From the NCBI GenBank assembly GCA_048939765.1, contig JBHLPF010000033.1, forward strand, positions 1 to 41,744: a DNA stretch of 41,744 nucleotides. Reading direction: 5' to 3'. Position numbers and translations under genes: made by a program. The notes beneath the pieces were generated by a model. That model was not told the origin of the DNA. It did no database searches and was given only the letters and a program-made list of their open reading frames with translations. Positions 38,511 through 41,744 of this stretch are shown piece by piece. How positions within the stretch are numbered: the stretch's first letter is position 1; each line of letters starts with the position of its first letter. Origin of the DNA: Promethearchaeota archaeon. Lineage in GTDB: Archaea; Asgardarchaeota; Thorarchaeia; Thorarchaeales; Thorarchaeaceae.

Positions 38511-39077
38511 TTGGCCGATTTCTTCAACCTCTGGATTCTCTATATTGGTGGCTATGCTATCGTCTACCCATTGCGAATTTGGGCAGAGAGGAAGCGGGGT
38601 GCGCCATTTGAGGATCCGGATTTAACATCCCAGAGAAGAGTGATGATCCCTGCTGCAATTTGGATGTTTGCCGGACTTGCCATAAGCCTCTTTGTACCTA
38701 TTAACTTTGGAGAATTGGCGCTAGGAGGGCTTGCCATCGCCGTAATTGGAATAGTCTTGGTTGGAATTGTATTCTATTCCTTTGCAAACCAGCCAGGACT
38801 TGCCACAAAGGGAATCCATCGCTATTCACGAAATCCAAACTACATTGGATGGACTGTCTATTTCCTTGGTCTGACATTGATTGGTTGGTCTGAATCGTTC
38901 TGGAGCCTTCTCTTTCTGGCATATCTCATATATACAGCAGTGTACCTTCATTGGAATGTGCTTCAGGAGGAGAAATTCCTCATGGAAAAGTATGGCGAGT
39001 CCTATCAAGAGTATCTGGAAACAACGCCAAGGTATTTTGGGGTAGTAAGAACCATCAAGAGTGAAGCAGAAGAGTAA
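38511..39077 (+). CDS. ICMT/PEMT-family membrane methyltransferase (tandem copy 1)
   Basis: GIHRYSRNPNYIG, EEKFL..KYG.SY.EY...TPRY. Confidence 0.85.
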   Translation: MADFFNLWILYIGGYAIVYPLRIWAERKRGAPFEDPDLTSQRRVMIPAAIWMFAGLAISLFVPINFGELALGGLAIAVIGIVLVGIVFYSFANQPGLATKGIHRYSRNPNYIGWTVYFLGLTLIGWSESFWSLLFLAYLIYTAVYLHWNVLQEEKFLMEKYGESYQEYLETTPRYFGVVRTIKSEAEE

Positions 39078-39087
39078 GTTGATAATC

Positions 39088-39630
39088 ATGAATCTATGGG
39101 TGCTCTATTTAGGTGGCTATGTGATTGCTTACGCCATTCAGGAGTGGGCAAACAGAAGACGTGGCGAACCTTTTGATGATTCTGAGTTTATGTATCAGAA
39201 GAGAGTCTTCATTCCTGCATTGGCTTGGATTTTCGGAGGATTCATACTCAGCATCTTCGTCCCTATAGTTTTGGGGTACCTTTTCTTCTTTGGCCTAGTT
39301 ATCGCAATCATAGGAATGGCAATAGGGATATTGGCTTTGTACTCGTTTGCCAATAATCCCGGTCTTACCACAACTAGGATTCATCACTATTCAAGAAATC
39401 CAATTTATGTTGGGTGGACCATCTTCTTTCTTGGTCTGACACTAATAGGCTGGTCTGGCTCAATCTGGAGTGTTTTATTTCTGATGTACTTCCTCTACAC
39501 TATCGGCTACCTTCACTGGACGGTTCTGCAAGAGGAAGGATTCCTAATTGGCAAATACGGTGCCCCCTACAAGGAGTATATGGAGAATACTCCGAGGTAT
39601 TTGGGCCGACTACGCAAATCGCAAGAATAG
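39088..39630 (+). CDS. ICMT/PEMT-family membrane methyltransferase (tandem copy 2)
   Basis: YSRNPIYVG, EEGFL..KYG..Y.EY...TPRY. Collinear with copy 1 from NLW.LY.GGY; start ATG 39088. Confidence 0.85.
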   Translation: MNLWVLYLGGYVIAYAIQEWANRRRGEPFDDSEFMYQKRVFIPALAWIFGGFILSIFVPIVLGYLFFFGLVIAIIGMAIGILALYSFANNPGLTTTRIHHYSRNPIYVGWTIFFLGLTLIGWSGSIWSVLFLMYFLYTIGYLHWTVLQEEGFLIGKYGAPYKEYMENTPRYLGRLRKSQE

Positions 39631-39654
39631 CGAATCGTGAATATGGTGGCAAAG

Positions 39655-39676
39655 GCAATTCTCAGAGCCAGCTCCA
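39655..39676 (+). repeat. Degenerate direct repeat of the tRNA-Cys 3' end (att-like scar)
   Basis: GCAATTCTCAGAGCCAGCTCCA versus tRNA 38465-38486 GCAAATCCCAGAGCCGGCTCCA: 19/22 identical, ending at CCA. Confidence 0.65.
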
Positions 39677-39727
39677 CTTATTCTCCGCAAGTTTCTTTTA
39701 GGAGCAGACCACTCATTTGTGGCTGCA

Positions 39728-40093
39728 ATGAGGGAGGACAAGTATCTCATCACCTTCAATCTCTTGATCCTGTTAGCTTTGGTGCTACAACTCCTTTCTT
39801 TCTGGGGATATGCTCCAGCCCTTGACATGATTGGTTCTTTCGCAATGGCGGGAATAGCGTTGATTGGATTGACAATAGGTCTAGTAGGACAATACCGCAA
39901 CCCGATCGAGAAATGGGGTTCAGTAACGGTTTCAATTGGTCTAGTCATAATGACTTTCTTTGTTCTGCCCTGGTCCTTTCATCCTATCTTTCTAGGTATA
40001 GGACTCATCCCTTACATCTTAGGGTTATATCGCCAACAGCAAGAAAGCGAAAAAGGAGCGTCCTCAACGGTCAATGATGATTCACTGGCATGA
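39728..40093 (+). CDS. Hypothetical 4-TM membrane protein
   Basis: Four hydrophobic segments; start ATG 39728 or GTG 39719. Confidence 0.68.
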   Translation: MREDKYLITFNLLILLALVLQLLSFWGYAPALDMIGSFAMAGIALIGLTIGLVGQYRNPIEKWGSVTVSIGLVIMTFFVLPWSFHPIFLGIGLIPYILGLYRQQQESEKGASSTVNDDSLA

Positions 40094-40139
40094 ACTCATC
40101 TTCTGATTCTTCACTAACCTAATAATCCACTTCATTCTA

Positions 40140-40793
40140 CTATCTTTCAGCATGTTTCTGCGCATCAAAGGCTAGTCCTACAATTACCACGATGGGCATA
40201 AGGATGACCATAGCGAGGGAGAAGATCACCATAATACCTGTAGTTGCAGCAACTTCCAGCGGGAGGCCAAGAATCTGAATTCCAACTGCAGTCCAGAACA
40301 CAATGACAAAGAGGATGAGTATGGAGGGCCACAGTTTTGCCAAGGATGCTCGAGCAGGAAGACGTTCGCGCCACCAATTCAGAGACTTGTTGATTCTGGT
40401 TGCGATTCCAACAGCAAGGAGAGATAGGAAGATTGGGGCAAAGCCACCACCGACGAGAAAGACAGTGAGAGTAAGGATGAGTAAAATACTCGCCCCGTAT
40501 TTTCTCTGAACAAAGAAGGCAGCCCATACACAGACTATCGTGCCGAGGATAACTGCAAGAATCCCTGTCCAAAGGAAGTTGGGCACGATTGTCAGGGCGG
40601 TCTCCATCCCGCCCTCCCAGAATCTGATGTTATCACCAATAGCATCTATCATGATCCCACCTGTTGGTGTGTCGCCCTGAAGAATCTCGAAGATGCCATG
40701 CTCGATGCTCGCAAGACCAACGAGAATTCCATATACTGTAGCTACAGCTCTTGCTGCGTTTGATCTGAGCCAGTTCTCTCCCGAGGTTGTCAT
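40140..40793 (-). CDS. Hypothetical multi-pass membrane protein
   Basis: 217 aa, about 6 TM; conserved-looking EHGIFEILQG, E.ALTIVPNFL.TGILA, LVGGGF.P. Confidence 0.8.
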   Translation of the reverse strand: MTTSGENWLRSNAARAVATVYGILVGLASIEHGIFEILQGDTPTGGIMIDAIGDNIRFWEGGMETALTIVPNFLWTGILAVILGTIVCVWAAFFVQRKYGASILLILTLTVFLVGGGFAPIFLSLLAVGIATRINKSLNWWRERLPARASLAKLWPSILILFVIVFWTAVGIQILGLPLEVAATTGIMVIFSLAMVILMPIVVIVGLAFDAQKHAER

Positions 40794-40851
40794 ACCGAAT
40801 CGAGAATCAAACTGCTCTCCAATATATGAGCCTGATGCTTCGAAATCAAAC

Positions 40852-40989
40852 TCAACTCATTACGCAATCGAGAATCTGTAATTGAATTCTAATCGAGGTT
40901 TCAAGATTCTCAAATGCTTTCCATTCGGGTGCGGAATGCACTCTTGTACCGCACCAATCTCCCTTTTGCACCCAATTGGCCAGATTCAC
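40852..40989 (-). CDS. Possible 45-aa small protein ending in CVMS
   Basis: GAGGAG SD 5 nt before GTG; below the ORF-track cutoff; may be spurious. Confidence 0.25.
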   Translation of the reverse strand: MNLANWVQKGDWCGTRVHSAPEWKAFENLETSIRIQLQILDCVMS

Positions 40990-41059
40990 AGCAACTCCTC
41001 GTAAGAAAGATAAGTAAGGCAGATGACCAGAAGAACATCACCAAAGTGTGTGGTTAGAA

Positions 41060-41446
41060 ATGAGCGGGGAAATTCCCAGCTTTGCAAAGTATGTGTTTCT
41101 ACTCGGCTTCATCGCTTCTATCATCTTCGGAGTGTGGGCCTTCATATCTCCGGAATCGTTTAGCACACTAACTGGATGGCCAGACGAACCTGCAGCGACT
41201 CGATTGGTAGGATCATTCCTCATTTCGCTCGCAATCGCAGCGCTTCTAGCTTATCGAGCTTCATCCTGGAAAGATGTTGAGCTTTATGTGCTGATTATAA
41301 TCCTGTGGACGGTCCTAGGTACAATCTCACTGGCCTGGAGTACATTGGTTGTACCACTGCCTATCATTGGTTGGGCACTTGCTGGTCTGCTGATGCTATT
41401 CTTTGTCTTGTATCTGTACGTCTACATGCAAGGAAGAGCCAGTTGA
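41060..41446 (+). CDS. Hypothetical 4-TM membrane protein
   Basis: Four TM segments, WP..P...RL.G motif; ATG 41060. Confidence 0.75.
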   Translation: MSGEIPSFAKYVFLLGFIASIIFGVWAFISPESFSTLTGWPDEPAATRLVGSFLISLAIAALLAYRASSWKDVELYVLIIILWTVLGTISLAWSTLVVPLPIIGWALAGLLMLFFVLYLYVYMQGRAS

Positions 41447-41598
41447 AACTCAAACTGAACATAGCTAATCAACGAAAGCATGGAGCTACAAGATAGCTCC
41501 TCAAGCAGTGGAATCGCCGTCTACACTTTTCTCCTCCGCTCGATACAATACAGTTTTCATTGAGATTTCCAAATTCGAATTATGAGGAGAACTTGTGC

Positions 41599-41744
41599 AT
41601 GAATATAAAGTTCGGAGTCCACATTGAACCACAGTTGGGGTATACTTTCGAGCAAGCATTGGCGATTGCCTTAGAAGCGGAGAAGATTGGCTACGAGTCC
41701 TTCTGGTGTAGTGATCATCTATTTCTCAATGAGAATTCCGTGAA
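41599..41744 (+). CDS. LLM-class (F420-type) oxidoreductase, N-terminal fragment (runs off the window)
   Basis: GAGGAG SD; MNIKFGVHIEPQLGYTFEQALAIALEAEKIGYESFWCSDHLF. Confidence 0.85.
   Translation, partial: MNIKFGVHIEPQLGYTFEQALAIALEAEKIGYESFWCSDHLFLNENSV

Noticed and set aside
40928-40955. Hairpin as a SECIS element
   Set aside because: It lacks a convincing SECIS core, and no in-frame TGA selenoprotein candidate was found; the C_GCAxxG_C_C protein uses ordinary Cys codons.
850-41496. Numerous short ORF-track entries antisense to or overlapping real genes (e.g. 850..1155, 7678..7959, 14204..14569, 30433..30834, 40165..40572)
   Set aside because: Shadow ORFs of well-supported genes with no motifs. 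The similar antisense ORFs at 8476 and 11601 merely mirror the eutA duplication.
12976-41744. Integron-like cassette array, suggested by many small unrelated accessory genes
   Set aside because: Genes have mixed orientations, no recurring attC-like intergenic repeat was seen, and no integrase is present.
1-41744. CRISPR array, IS element or rRNA
   Set aside because: No regularly spaced repeats, transposase motifs or long non-coding conserved tracts were observed.

Overview
Gene-dense archaeal window with TATA-type promoters, GGAGG/GAGGTG Shine-Dalgarno sites, many TTG/GTG starts and an archaeal-type tRNA-Cys. The ~495-aa 'MKPLGTITKYYPFIDEE' TPR family suggests an Asgard archaeon, probably Ca. 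Thorarchaeota; this is recall-based inference, not a search result. The window is a patchwork of about 40 accessory genes. Main blocks: (i) an isoprenoid/retinoid-type redox cluster (two CrtI-like FAD oxidoreductases, SDR, NTF2-like protein, GbsR/MarR regulator with a palindromic operator); (ii) a tightly coupled eutA-like / LCM-family methyltransferase / eutA-like operon, with no eutBC in the window, whose two ASKHA ATPases share an unrecognised N-terminal helical domain (best candidate for an undescribed system); (iii) a tandem array of three mosaic TPR paralogues that preserves a duplication scar from the neighbouring MFS gene; (iv) four ICMT/PEMT-family genes plus an inverted remnant of a fifth, and a degenerate CPBP protease; (v) a stand-alone E2 core lacking its catalytic His; (vi) three LLM oxidoreductases; (vii) a tRNA-Cys(GCA), which an ORF track cannot show, whose 3' end is repeated 1.2 kb downstream like an att scar. 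No integrase, transposase, CRISPR array or rRNA was seen. All family calls come from motif recognition by eye.
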